From positions 355,109 through 375,108 of the forward strand of contig NW_019029021.1 in assembly GCF_002105155.1 (NCBI RefSeq): a DNA stretch of 20,000 nucleotides. Direction: 5' to 3'. Shown piece by piece: positions 9,447 through 20,000 of this stretch (the first letter of the stretch is position 1; every line of letters begins with the position of its first letter). The translations under genes and the position numbers were made by a program. The notes beneath the pieces are model-generated. The model was not told where the DNA came from. It searched no databases and saw only the letters and a program-made list of their open reading frames with translations. The DNA comes from Lobosporangium transversale. Its lineage: Eukaryota.

Positions 9447-10255
9447 TTATCTTGTTTTTCTTGAAGCCTCAAAGACGGCAAGCGCCTCTTTAGCGTTTGC
9501 GAGCGAAGATTTTGTTTCCCAAGTGGCTTCATCTAATGGATAGCCTTTCCAAAGAACGAGCCACTTAGGAGTTTTGCCAAACATTTTGAAGTCAATGATT
9601 TTGTCGACTTCATACTCCTCTTCTCCATCTACAAGCTCGGGGGCAGGGCGTGGTGGTAAGCGGTCGCCGAATTCACGAGGTGACTCAATATAGGGGCGAA
9701 GCAGATCGGCATTAAAGACTGGATGCTGATGCATGTCAGGCGGTAGTTCCAGCTTGTAGGCATTTTCATTGACCTTCGAAATGATCTTGTAAGGGCCTAT
9801 GTACTCAGGTTCCAGTTTCTGCGACGGCCTATTTTTATGTCCCGCGACAGAGATGTTTTCCGAGCTTAAGAGCACCATGTCACCCACAGCAAACGTAGCA
9901 GGCCTGCGAGTTTTGTCCGCTTGGGCCTTTTGCCTATTCTGCGCTTCGATGATGGCATCCTGAGCTAGCGCCAAATTCATCGACTGGGTTCGAACAAAAT
10001 CACTGACAGCCGGAACATTGGTATCAGGTGGCTTTAAAAGAGATCCAGGGACTAGTGGATGGTGACCATAGTTCAGAAAGAATGGGGAGAAGCCTGTCGT
10101 AGGATTGACAGAGTTGTTGTATGCGAACTCCATAGGCAGTAAAAGATCCCAGTCGTTTTGCTTGTACGATATGTAAGAGCGGAGCATTTCTTCTAATGTT
10201 CTGTTGGCGCGCTCTGTTTGTCCGTCTGATTGTGGATGGAAGGCAGTTGCAAACG
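9447..10255 (-). pseudogene. Gypsy element 2 (chromovirus): integrase C-terminal half and chromodomain, 5'-truncated
   Basis: TAFHPQSDGQTERAN, YIGPY, HPVF, YEVDKIID..LVLWKGYP..ATWE. Homology stops at the LTR starting at 10256. Confidence 0.92.
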
Positions 10256-10460
10256 TGTTATACAATACTGACTCAAACCTTTGAGGAGGGCTCAACTATC
10301 ACGCGCACCCCAGGCGCCAAGACGCCAAGCCCAAGTGCTAAGACACCAAGCCCCAACCCTATCAATTATCAGTATAAAGAGTCCACTACGTTATAGCCAA
10401 ATAAAGTATCCTTTGACCTTCGATTCCACCTAAGATCACCTTTGATTGTTACTATTTACA
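10256..10460 (+). repeat. 205-bp 5' LTR of Gypsy element 3
   Basis: TGTTA..TTACA termini, internal TATAAA and AATAAA, followed immediately by a primer-binding site and gag. Confidence 0.8.
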
Positions 10461-10472
10461 TGGTAGCAAAGG
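10461..10472 (+). promoter_or_regulatory. Primer-binding site, probably for initiator tRNA-Met
   Basis: TGGTAGC directly after the LTR's terminal CA, complementary to the ..GCUACCA 3' end of initiator tRNA-Met. Confidence 0.7.
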
Positions 10473-10606
10473 TTCATCGAACTACCGACCCCGCCAGAAA
10501 CCGCTTATATTTCCCTCTGATATTTTTCCCTAGATCCCTCTGATATTTTCCTTAGATTTCCTAGATAAAATTTAAAAATTTACCCCTGCATTTGATTTTT
10601 TTTGCC

Positions 10607-11539
10607 ATGCACAACCTCACCACTTCCTTGAAAGCTCTTAACCTTGATGCCAGTACCAGCCTATCCGTGCAGAACGCTGTGCAAACCTTCCTCGAATCCC
10701 GACAGGATAGTGCTTCTAGCGCTGCCGCCTTTAATGACCATGTCCGCACGGTGGCTGCTGTGATAAAACCTACCAAACCAGAACCATACGAGGGAAATGT
10801 CGACGCTGTCGCGGTCCTCAACTTCTTGGAGAACCAAGAAGAGTACTTCGAGATCATGGAGCTTAACCACTCCCGTTGGGTCCGATATACCGTTGTCAAC
10901 CTGAAAGGAGACGCCAAGGCATGGTGGCGAGACTCGGAAATGACAATTGATACACCATGGGACACTTTCCGAAGTAAATTCATCGAAAACTTCACACCCC
11001 CTGACACGGCTTCTTCAGCCCAGAAAGCACTGGTTCAATTAAAACAAGGTAAATCCTCAGTAGCGGAATACACTGCCAAATTCCGCCGCCTCCAACGCCT
11101 CACACCCAAACTGGAGGAATCATGGCTTGTCCTCCATTATACCTACGGCCTTGTAGAAGACACAAGCAAGGAAGTCCTCCTTCGCCAGCCTCAGACTCTC
11201 AACCAGGCCATCAAGCAGGCTACGATGATCCACAGCATTTTACATTCCTCTAGACCCCCCATCATGACAAGCCAAACAAGCCAACCCACACCGACCCCGA
11301 TGGACCTAGACGCAATGCAGATGATGTTCAATAACTTCCTACTACAGAATACAAACTCCACAGGCTTAGCGAACTTCCATCGCCCCTCCTCGACTAACAA
11401 CAGACCACTCTCCAAGCTCACCGAAAATGACAGAACAAAACTGCGCCGCGCAGGCGCTTGCTTTCGCTGCAGAAAGAAGGGACACATGGCCAAGAACTGC
11501 CGCGTGACTAGGAACTTGAACAACCTGGAACAACAAGAC
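10607..11539 (+). CDS. gag: Ty3/Gypsy Gag with CCHC zinc knuckle, cut off by the hAT insertion
   Basis: KPEPYEG, LKGDAKAWW, LKQGKSSVAEYTAKF, PTPMDLD, CFRCRKKGHMAKNC. The ORF runs into the hAT TIR at 11540. Confidence 0.9.
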
Positions 11540-13408
11540 CAGTGCTCCTAATCGGTACATTCGATTCAATACACCTTCGAACCGAAATGGAATTGACCAA
11601 GGTAAGGTTCATATCGAATCGAAACCGAATGAATATATATTGTCGAAACCGAATCGAATGTATCGAATATTCGATGCATTCGGTAAACCGAATCATGCGG
11701 TGCCTCGATTGTACCGATTCAATTCATTTGATATACCGAATCATTCGGTACATTGATAAACCCATTAAAATTTTTATAAATTTTTTCTCACGGCACTCTT
11801 AATCAAAATGTGAATTTAAATCGTGGATTAAGAAAAATATTACCATGAAGATAAGGTTAAAACACATGTTTATAGAAAATAAAGCCTAACAACGAGTGCG
11901 AGATATCAGGTGCGTTATACTTAAATACTCAACTGCGGCATCAGGACAACAAATGTGTTTGCATTCGCTTCAGTTCGCCTCATTTCCTTTCCTTTTCCTT
12001 TTTTTTTTTTTTTTTTTTCTCTCTTTTCCTTTTCATGCATTATCTCAATTCAGCCCAAAAGATCTCTTAAAATGAGTAAACGACGTCGTCGAATTATCGA
12101 GGAGGAAGAAAAAGAAGTATATATTGATTACATTTGCCATATTACTTTGTATTAAGAAAAGAAGGAAAAAACTTAACCTTAATGTTTAAATTAATACCTC
12201 CATTGCAATTTTATCATACATGAACTTAAGGTTTATGACGTTGGTAACACTTCTATGTCTGCCAGCTTTGACGCACCTGACAACGATATGGATATGGAGA
12301 GCGTGATGAGCGGCAGCGTGATGAATGAGAGCTTAGTGACGAGGAGCGTGGGAAGCTCCAGCGTGGCAAGCAGCACGGCGATCAACCGAAGCTGGGCGTG
12401 GTCACTGAAGAACAAGTGGGCCGAGCGTGTTAAAACTAAGAGTGGCTCTGGTATGCGCTGCTGTTACCCTAGCTGCGGGAAAACCTTTGGTTCATCGAAT
12501 ATGTCAACTTCAGGGGTCATCTAGCATCTGTGGCGAGTACATCGCATCACTAAAGATAGCAATGCCAATGATGGCAGTCTCTCCAAGCACAAGGCCCGAT
12601 GGACAAGATGCTTAATTCATTTTCTCAGCCAAAAGTATTTGACCCTACGAGATTTGACGAATTGCTTGTCCGATTCGTTATCACAACAAAGCAGCCATTT
12701 ACGATTGTCAAAAGCACTGCTCTCCAGGAGCTTCTAGTCCATGCTACAATGGCTACAGCATCTCAAGTAAAGCTACCGTCTGATGACACCATGGCAACCA
12801 AGGTAAAACTATTATTACTATGATTATGATTATGATTATTATTATTATTACTCTTCAATTATTATTTTTTTTTTATAACAAACATCAACCAAACACTGAC
12901 AAAAAGATGGATTAAAAATAGGCTAAGCTAAAATACCAATACATGGAGCATCAAGTCATAAGCTTATTTGAGGATATTAACAAGGTATCACTGACCGTTG
13001 ATGGCTGGACAAGCCCTTTCCAAGACAACTTCCTGGGGGTAACAGCTCACTGGATTGATCATGACTGGCGCCAACAAGAGCTGGTCATTGGATTTGAGCC
13101 ATTGTATGGAGCGCATACAGGTGAGAACTTAGCGGAATCTCTGGCTAAGGTTATCGATCGATTTAAAATTGGTGACAAGCTTCTAAGTATCACCACCGAC
13201 AATGCGTCAAATATGTCCAAAATGATCCGAGAGCTTGAAAAGCATCCCAAGGCAGTAGAATGGTAATTCTCAGTCACTTTCAATAATGCTAGCGCATCTA
13301 GTAATGAGTTATCTCTAACGCTTCTCTTAAAATAAATAAAAATAAATAAAAATAAAAAACATTAGGCCGCTCAAGGATGGCTTATACCATGTGCCATGCC
13401 TTGGACAC

Positions 13409-13945
13409 TGTCACGAACAGCAAGCAATGTCTAGCTCATGAATTGATGAATGACTTTTGTCTGATTCGAATCTGAAAAAGATCACGTGTGCTTGATTAAT
13501 TTGTTCCGCTCATTTCCTTCACTCATTCCTCCATGCATAGTTTGCCTGTCAAGCCAAGTCGCGTCTCCTAGTTTTCTAGCTCCGTGAATAGCTCCAAGGA
13601 TTCTAGAAGAGCTATAAACCAATAACCAAGGCTTATAGTGCCAAGGAACCTTGAAATAAGATTGCACCAGATATCTTCCTCGGATCCTGTGTATTAAGTT
13701 AACTCAACACTTGAAGTTCCGCATATGGTAAAAGTCCTTAGGAAATATTTGAGTAAGCTTTATTTAGAGTTCTTGAAGCGCGTCTCCGCTTCAGTCAAAC
13801 AAGTATAAATATGATAGATTTGTAACATAGTAAACCTCAGTCTGCAATAAAACTATTCGTGAATCCATTCTAGTTCTCAGCTCATTATCATTCTTGTTAT
13901 TCATTCACTTACCTTTCCTTGCAAACCCTTTGTCAGTCCTTGACA
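13409..13945 (+). mobile_element. 537-bp solo LTR
   Basis: TGTCA..TGACA termini, 5-bp TSD GACAC (13404-13408, 13946-13950), TATAAATA near 13804 and AATAAA near 13846. Splits the hAT CxxH motif. Confidence 0.9.
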
Positions 13946-14153
13946 GACACATCATTAATCTGGCAGTTCAGGCGATTTTGGGCCCAAGGGGTTTGAATGA
14001 CTTGGCTCCTGAAAATGACAGTCTCTACGTGAACAACAATGAGTGTGAGGATGCGGTTGGGTTAACGCTTGTAACGCTGAGTACATTACAGAAACTCAGA
14101 AAAGGCATTGTTAAGATCAGGTCAGTATTACTATATAATCTTGGCTGCAAATA

Positions 14154-15785
14154 CACTATCATGCAAAACTGATTCAATAATTCATTCCCATGTGCATTTC
14201 TTTTTTTCATTCCTAGAAACTGTATATGCATACACCACTCATACTTTGGTTTAATAAAGCTCCCGTCTTCTTCTACGTCATAGTGATGCGTTGTGACATT
14301 AGCTTGTCTCATTTGAATAGCTAATGACTTTTTTGTTCATTCAGGTCATTGAATCAGTTTCACATGTGGTCTAAAATGTTGCCCATGACAACTTTTGGAC
14401 GTCATTTAATGCCAGTAAAAAAAGGACTTTTCTCTCTTTCCTTTATGAACACTTGCTTAACTCTCTCTTAACTATACCTTCACAGAATATGAGACCCACT
14501 CCACAAAGGAAAGTCAACGAAGCCAGGAGGTTAATGATGGGAGGCATGTCTACTAGAGAAACTGCTGCTAGTGTTGGTATATCAATAGCGACGGCCACCA
14601 GGATCTATGCACATAATAAGGAGTACATGCAAGTCAATAAAGGCGGTCGACCAAGGAAAGTACCCAGAGGTATCATGCAGTATCTTAAGGTGAACATGAA
14701 ACGAGGTACACTCAAGTCTGCAGTTGAGGCCACCGTCAGAGCCAACCAGCTCATACCAGCGGCTGTTTCTGAGACCACCGTTAGACGACGGCTCAAGGAG
14801 TTAGGATTGACAGCAAAGAGGCGTGTACATAAGCCAGCTTTACGTCGACGACATATTAAAGCTCGTTTGCATTTTATCAATAAGTATAAGGAATGGACTC
14901 TGGAAGATTGGAAAAAGGTTATTTGGTCAGATGAATCGAAAATAAACCGAATCTGCTCTGATGGCGTGCAGTGGATCTGGGACGACAATCCGGGACGCCT
15001 CACTCGCAGGTCGGTGCAAGGCACTGTCAAGTTTGGGGGTGGTAATGTTAAAGTGTGGTCATGCTTCTCATGGTACGGACCTGGATACATTGCAAAGATT
15101 GACAATAATATGGACGCACAACTTTACATCAAACTACTGCAGGAGGATCTACAGATGTCGCTTGATGACTGGGGCCTAACTAAAAGCGATATCGTCTTTC
15201 AGCACGACAATGACTCGAAGCACACGGCGAAGATTGTTAGGAAGTATTTGGAGTCAGTACATCTGACAGAAGAGGAAGGTACACTTCTAGAGTGGCCAGC
15301 ACAATCCCCTGACCTCAACCCTATTGAACACATGTGGGCAGAATTGGATAGGCGGCTCTCTAGGTATCCGGAGCGAGCTAAGAGCTGTGATGAACTATGG
15401 GAGCGAGTATCGGTTGAATGGTACAGGATCCCAGTGGGCTTCTGCCGCAAACTCATCATAGGTATCCATAAGGGACTCCAAGCTGTCAGTGATGCCCATG
15501 GTTGGAATACTATCTATTGATGTAAGGTTATGCCTCACAAAAGAATAAAGATCTTTGGCCACCGAATGGGCACATGTGAAACTGATTCAATGACCTGCAT
15601 GAACAAAAAAGTCATTAGCTATTCAAATGAGACAAGCTAATGTCACAACGCATCACTATGACGTAGAAGAAGACGGGAGCTTTATTAAACCAAAGTATGA
15701 GTGGTGTATGCATATACAGTTTCTAGGAATGAAAAAAAGAAATGCACATGGGAATGAATTATTGAATCAGTTTTGCATGATAGTG
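14154..15785 (+). mobile_element. Full-length Tc1-like transposon (1632 bp, 215-bp TIRs) inside a hAT intron
   Basis: TIRs at 14154-14368 and 15571-15785 (1 mismatch). TA TSD at 14152-14153 and 15786-15787. Confidence 0.95.
14489..15520 (+). CDS. Tc1-like transposase (343 aa), open ORF, DD39E spacing
   Basis: N-terminal HTH, GGRPRK AT-hook, VSETTVRRRL, VIWSDESK, FQHDND, WPAQSPDLNPIEHMW. Confidence 0.95.
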   Translation: MRPTPQRKVNEARRLMMGGMSTRETAASVGISIATATRIYAHNKEYMQVNKGGRPRKVPRGIMQYLKVNMKRGTLKSAVEATVRANQLIPAAVSETTVRRRLKELGLTAKRRVHKPALRRRHIKARLHFINKYKEWTLEDWKKVIWSDESKINRICSDGVQWIWDDNPGRLTRRSVQGTVKFGGGNVKVWSCFSWYGPGYIAKIDNNMDAQLYIKLLQEDLQMSLDDWGLTKSDIVFQHDNDSKHTAKIVRKYLESVHLTEEEGTLLEWPAQSPDLNPIEHMWAELDRRLSRYPERAKSCDELWERVSVEWYRIPVGFCRKLIIGIHKGLQAVSDAHGWNTIY

Positions 15786-17202
15786 TATAAACTTGAATCA
15801 TGAAACTTAACTATAAAATACCTTTTATATCGACTTATACATAGAGCTTCGCCACAAAGGATTGACAAGTTTGGCCAGGTCTGCGCTATCCTGAAATGCC
15901 CAAACCTTGAACTGAAAAGGGATAACTGCACACGTTGGAACTCTACTTTCATCATGGTGGATAGGGCAATAACGTTAAGGCTAGCCTACCAGAGCATGTG
16001 CCAAAACGAACCGTTTTTATCGGCCTTCTCCCTGAAAGACGAAGAATGGGGATACCTGAAGAAGCTCCATATTTTGCTTAGCCAGTTTAATGATATCACA
16101 GCGACGTTGTCTTCTAGCCTGGGATACCCGACAATCAACAGAGCCATGTCTGCTTACAACAACATGATCGACCACCTAGAAGATTATATTGAAAAGAAGA
16201 GGATCCTCCACTAGAAAACGCAGCAGGTCAAGGGTTAAAGAAGCTTTTGCGTTATTATTCTAAAACTGATTCCTCAGCGGTCTATGCCGTCGCCACTGCT
16301 ATGGACCCGAGGATGCGGTTTGACTGGTGGGAAGCTAACGAATGGGGTGAATATATTCAAAGCAGCCAAGACATGGCAACGAAGGTCTGGGAAGATGAAT
16401 ATAAGGGCAAAGAAGGCCCAAGTCAGCTTCCAGCTGAAGAAGAAATGGAGATGAGACGCTAAGGTATCGAGAAAAAAGGTGGAGAGCTTGAATTATACGT
16501 TCGAGAAGGAAGTTCTCTAGTTGCTAGTAAACATGAGCCTCCAGAGTTAGTGTACTGGCGATCACAAAAGGAACGCTTGCCCAATTTGGCGAATATGGCA
16601 AAGGACTATCTTGCAGTCCCTGTGACATCAACCCCGGCAGAAAGATGCTTTTCGCAAGCCAAGTTCTTCCTGCCACCTGAAAGAAATAGCCTTAGCCCTA
16701 CGACGATCCAGCGCTTGGTCATCCTGGACTCTTGGATGAATGTTCTCCCATAAATTAGTTGCTATAGTTCTGTATACATTCGCTATAAGTGAAAAGTCAA
16801 AATTTAAATATATTTCCAACATTTGAACGTTAGTCGAATGTACCGTGGCGCATCAAATTGTGTAAGCCCATTCTAACCTGTCAAGTTTTTTATTCAAAAA
16901 GCCGATATAGTCGTATTAAATAGTGCATAGATACATTCGATGCGCTTAAAAAATCGGCTTCGATGCATTCGGTAAATCGGTTTCGATACATTCGGTAAAC
17001 GGTTTCGATACATTCGATGCATTCGATATAATCATACGACCCACGCTACACATTAAGGGTATCATTCAACACATTCGATTCATTCGATTCGATACAGAAA
17101 TGGAGCATTCAATTTCGGTACAAACTTACCCTGAGCCGAAACCGAATCGAATGCATTCAATCCCATTCAATTTCGGTTGTATCGAATCGATTAGGAGCAC
17201 TG

Positions 17203-18164
17203 CTTCATGACGCACATGATTCTCCCATTGCTGGCCACCTCGGCTTCGAGAAAACATATGAAACCATGCGAAGTACTTTCTTTTGGCCACGAATGGCCCG
17301 AGACACCAAGACTTACATTGCATCATGCTAACAGTGCCAGCGAAATAAACCACTGCTTCATCATCCTGCCGGATTATTCAAACCTCTCGATATACCTCTT
17401 GGACGATTGGAAACTGTTACCATGGACTTCATTGGCCCTTTACCCAAGACGAACCGAGGGTTCAATGCCATAACTGTATTCGTAGACAAGTTATCCAAAC
17501 AAGTCCACTTCTGCCCTAGCCATACAACGGACACTGCTTCAGATATCGCGCGACTCTTCTTCAATAATATCTTCCGACTCCATGGAATGCCACGAGCTAT
17601 TGTATCGGACAGAGACTCAAGATTCACGGGACACTTCTGGACCACATTGATGAAGCTAATAGGAACAAAACTCCATATGTCTACAGCATTCCATCCTCAG
17701 ACAGACAAACAGACGGAGCGAGCCAACAGGACCCTGGAGGAAATGCTACGATCTTATGTCTCGTACAAACAGAATGACTGGGACTTGCTCTTACCAATGA
17801 TGGAATTTGCATACAACAACTCCGTCAACCCCTCCACAGGGTTTTCCCCCTTTTTCTTAAACCACGGTCATCATCCCATTTTCCCATCATCCCTCTTGAA
17901 ACCACCAACAACAGATGTACCGGCTATTTCTACCTTCATTTCCACTCAAGCCTCTGCGATGGCGCGAGCACAAGACGCTATAGCGACAGCTCAGGACATC
18001 CAAAAACGCCTAGCGGATAAAGCACGATCACCCTCCAGGTTCACTGTAGGCGATAGTGTCTTACTGAGCACGGAGCATATCACTGTCGCAGCTCACGCAA
18101 ACCGACCCTCCAAAAAGTAAGAACCAAAATTCATTGGACCATTCAGAACCATAGAGAAGATCAA
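17203..18164 (+). pseudogene. Ty3/Gypsy integrase fragment, probably from element 3
   Basis: LHDAHD..GHLG..C*QC, MDFIGPLP, VSDRD, TAFHPQTD..TERAN, FIGPF. In-frame stops near 17330 and 18118. Confidence 0.9.
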
Positions 18165-18252
18165 TGTGACAGTTATATAGCATTAAGCCTATAAAAAAGG
18201 CTTGTTTTAATAATTATAATAAAATCATCCTTTGTCTCTATTAATTATTACA
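18165..18252 (+). repeat. 88-bp LTR of the element-1 family, without TSD
   Basis: TG..CA termini. About 85% identical to the reverse complement of 6550-6635. Flanks ATCAA and TGAAG differ. Confidence 0.8.
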
Positions 18253-20000
18253 TGAAGTCTTTATGGGTCTCAGCGCATCGCTAAAACGTATTCAGTCAAT
18301 CCAGAACTCGCTAAGTATGCATACTGGCGCTCCAGGAGGGGGTCAGTGTACAAACGCATGAGCATGCTCAACTGGACGCGTTTGTGAAGTGTTTACATTC
18401 ATCCGCCCACGAGGCCCTATACTCACCTGGACGCGTTTGGGGAAGTGTTTTGTTATTTTGTTTGGACTTGTAAAAAAATAAATAAAAGTGTTTGCCCCTC
18501 GTCCGCCACAGTTAATGGGGTGGTCGGGAAGTCTAATGAAGCCTTTATGGGTCTCAGCGCATCGCTAAAACGTATTCAGTCAATCCAGAACTCGCTAAGT
18601 ATGCATACTGGCGCTCCAGGAGGGGGTCAGTGTACAAACGCATGAGCATGCTCAACTGGACGCGTTTGTGAAGTGTTTACATTCATCCGCCCACGAGGCC
18701 CTATACTCACCTGGACGCGTTTGGGGAAGTGTTTTGTTATTTTGTTTGGACTTGTAAAAAAATAAATAAAAGTGTTTGCCCCTCGTCCGCCACAGTTAAT
18801 GGGGTGGTCGGGAAGTCTAATGAAGCCTTTATGGGTCTCAGCGCATCGCTAAAACGTATTCAGTCAATCCAGAACTCGCTAAGTATGCATACTGGCGCTC
18901 CAGGAGGGGGTCAGTGTACAAACGCATGAGCATGCTCAACTGGACGCGTTTGTGAAGTGTTTACATTCATCCGCCCACGAGGCCCTATACTCACCTGGAC
19001 GCGTTTGGGGAAGTGTTTTGTTATTTTGTTTGGACTTGTAAAAAAATAAATAAAAGTGTTTGCCCCTCGTCCGCCACAGTTAATGGGGTGGTCGGGAAGT
19101 CTAATGAAGCCTTTATGGGTCTCAGCGCATCGCTAAAACGTATTCAGTCAATCCAGAACTCGCTAAGTATGCATACTGGCGCTCCAGGAGGGGGTCAGTG
19201 TACATACGCACGAGCATGCCCAACTCGACGCATTTGTGAAGTGTTTGCACCTCTTCCGCCAGCGGTCCAAAGAAGCGTGTATGTGTCTCAGCGTATGACT
19301 ACAACGTATTCACACCACCCAGAACCCGCTAAGTATGCATACTGGCGCTCCAGGAGGGGGTCAGTGTACAAACGCATGAGCATGCTCAACTGGACGCGTT
19401 TGTGAAGTGTTTACATTCATCCGCCCACGAGGCCCTATACTCACCTGGACGCGTTTGGGGAAGTGTTTTGTTATTTTGTTTGGACTTGTAAAAAAATAAA
19501 TAAAAGTGTTTGCCCCTCGTCCGCCACAGTTAATGGGGTGGTCGGGAAGTCTAATGAAGCCTTTATGGGTCTCAGCGCATCGCTAAAACGTATTCAGTCA
19601 ATCCAGAACTCGCTAAGTATGCATACTGGCGCTCCAGGAGGGGGTCAGTGTACATACGCACGAGCATGCCCAACTCGACGCATTTGTGAAGTGTTTGCAC
19701 CTCTTCCGCCAGCGGTCCAAAGAAGCGTGTATGTGTCTCAGCGTATGACTACAACGTATTCACACCACCCAGAACCCGCTAAGTATGCATACTGGCGCTC
19801 CAGGAGGGGGTCAGTGTACAAACGCATGAGCATGCTCAACTGGACGCGTTTGTGAAGTGTTTACATTCATCCGCCCACGAGGCCCTATACTCACCTGGAC
19901 GCGTTTGGGGAAGTGTTTTGTTATTTTGTTTGGACTTGTAAAAAAATAAATAAAAGTGTTTGCCCCTCGTCCGCCACAGTTAATGGGTGGGTCGGAAGTC
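18253..20000. repeat. Tandem satellite: three 284-bp units, then two 450-bp (284+166) units, running off the window
   Basis: Unit starts at 18253, 18537, 18821, 19105 and 19555. Copies are nearly identical. Confidence 0.97.

Larger units (their letters stand above)
12072..16753 (+). pseudogene. Spliced hAT transposase pseudogene (BED zinc finger, DDE core, hATC dimerisation domain)
   Basis: BED finger (W..C..C..H..H, with a TAG stop at 12522), SLTVDGWTS, ITTDNASNM, CLGH-IINL, TRWNST, YW..LANMAKDYLAVPVTSTPAERCFS. Introns at about 12117-12230, 12803-12921, 13263-13365 and 14121-15844. Several stops and frameshifts. Confidence 0.9.
11540..17202 (+). mobile_element. Decayed hAT DNA transposon carrying two nested insertions
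   Basis: 15-bp TIR CAGTGCTCCTAATCG at both ends. Dense ATTCGA/TCGAAT subterminal repeats (about 11550-11760 and 16930-17190). No matching 8-bp TSD. Confidence 0.9.

Noticed and set aside
10505..10567. Short tandem duplication (CCCTCTGATATTTT..CTAGAT) in the Gypsy 5' UTR
   Set aside because: Common in retrotransposon leaders, with nothing to suggest a special function.
11540..11802. ORFs over the ATCGAAT-rich region
   Set aside because: These are hAT subterminal repeats, mirrored at 16930-17200, and are non-coding.
18253..20000. CRISPR-like array, or repeated 66/130-aa ORFs
   Set aside because: The intervening sequences are repeated rather than unique spacers, there are no cas genes and the context is eukaryotic. 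The ORFs start at GTG and are by-products of the tandem repeat.
19981..20000. Variant bases at the end of the last satellite unit
   Set aside because: G-run shifts at the extreme edge look like low-quality contig-end sequence.

Overview
Eukaryotic, intron-containing DNA, most likely from an early-diverging fungus (inferred from gene structure and element types). From about 2.5 kb onward it is almost entirely nested transposable elements, ending in a tandem satellite. Left to right: (1) the 5' part of a spliced minus-strand gene of unknown function; (2) a 3.7-kb TA-flanked element with 373/372-bp TIRs that carries the two PIF/Harbinger-type genes (Myb/SANT-like protein and DDE_Tnp_4 transposase), although the outer 191 bp of its TIRs are about 94% identical to the TIRs of a Tc1-like element 11.6 kb downstream; (3) a 98-bp hAT MITE; (4) three nested, decayed Ty3/Gypsy elements, two with visible chromodomains, plus solo LTRs; (5) a decayed hAT element holding a solo LTR and a Tc1-like element with an open ORF and DD39E spacing; (6) an 88-bp LTR joining directly onto a 284/450-bp higher-order satellite that runs off the window. 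The most unusual item is the Tc1-shell/Harbinger-core composite, whose inner junction lacks the canonical 3-bp target duplication. All counts were made by eye.
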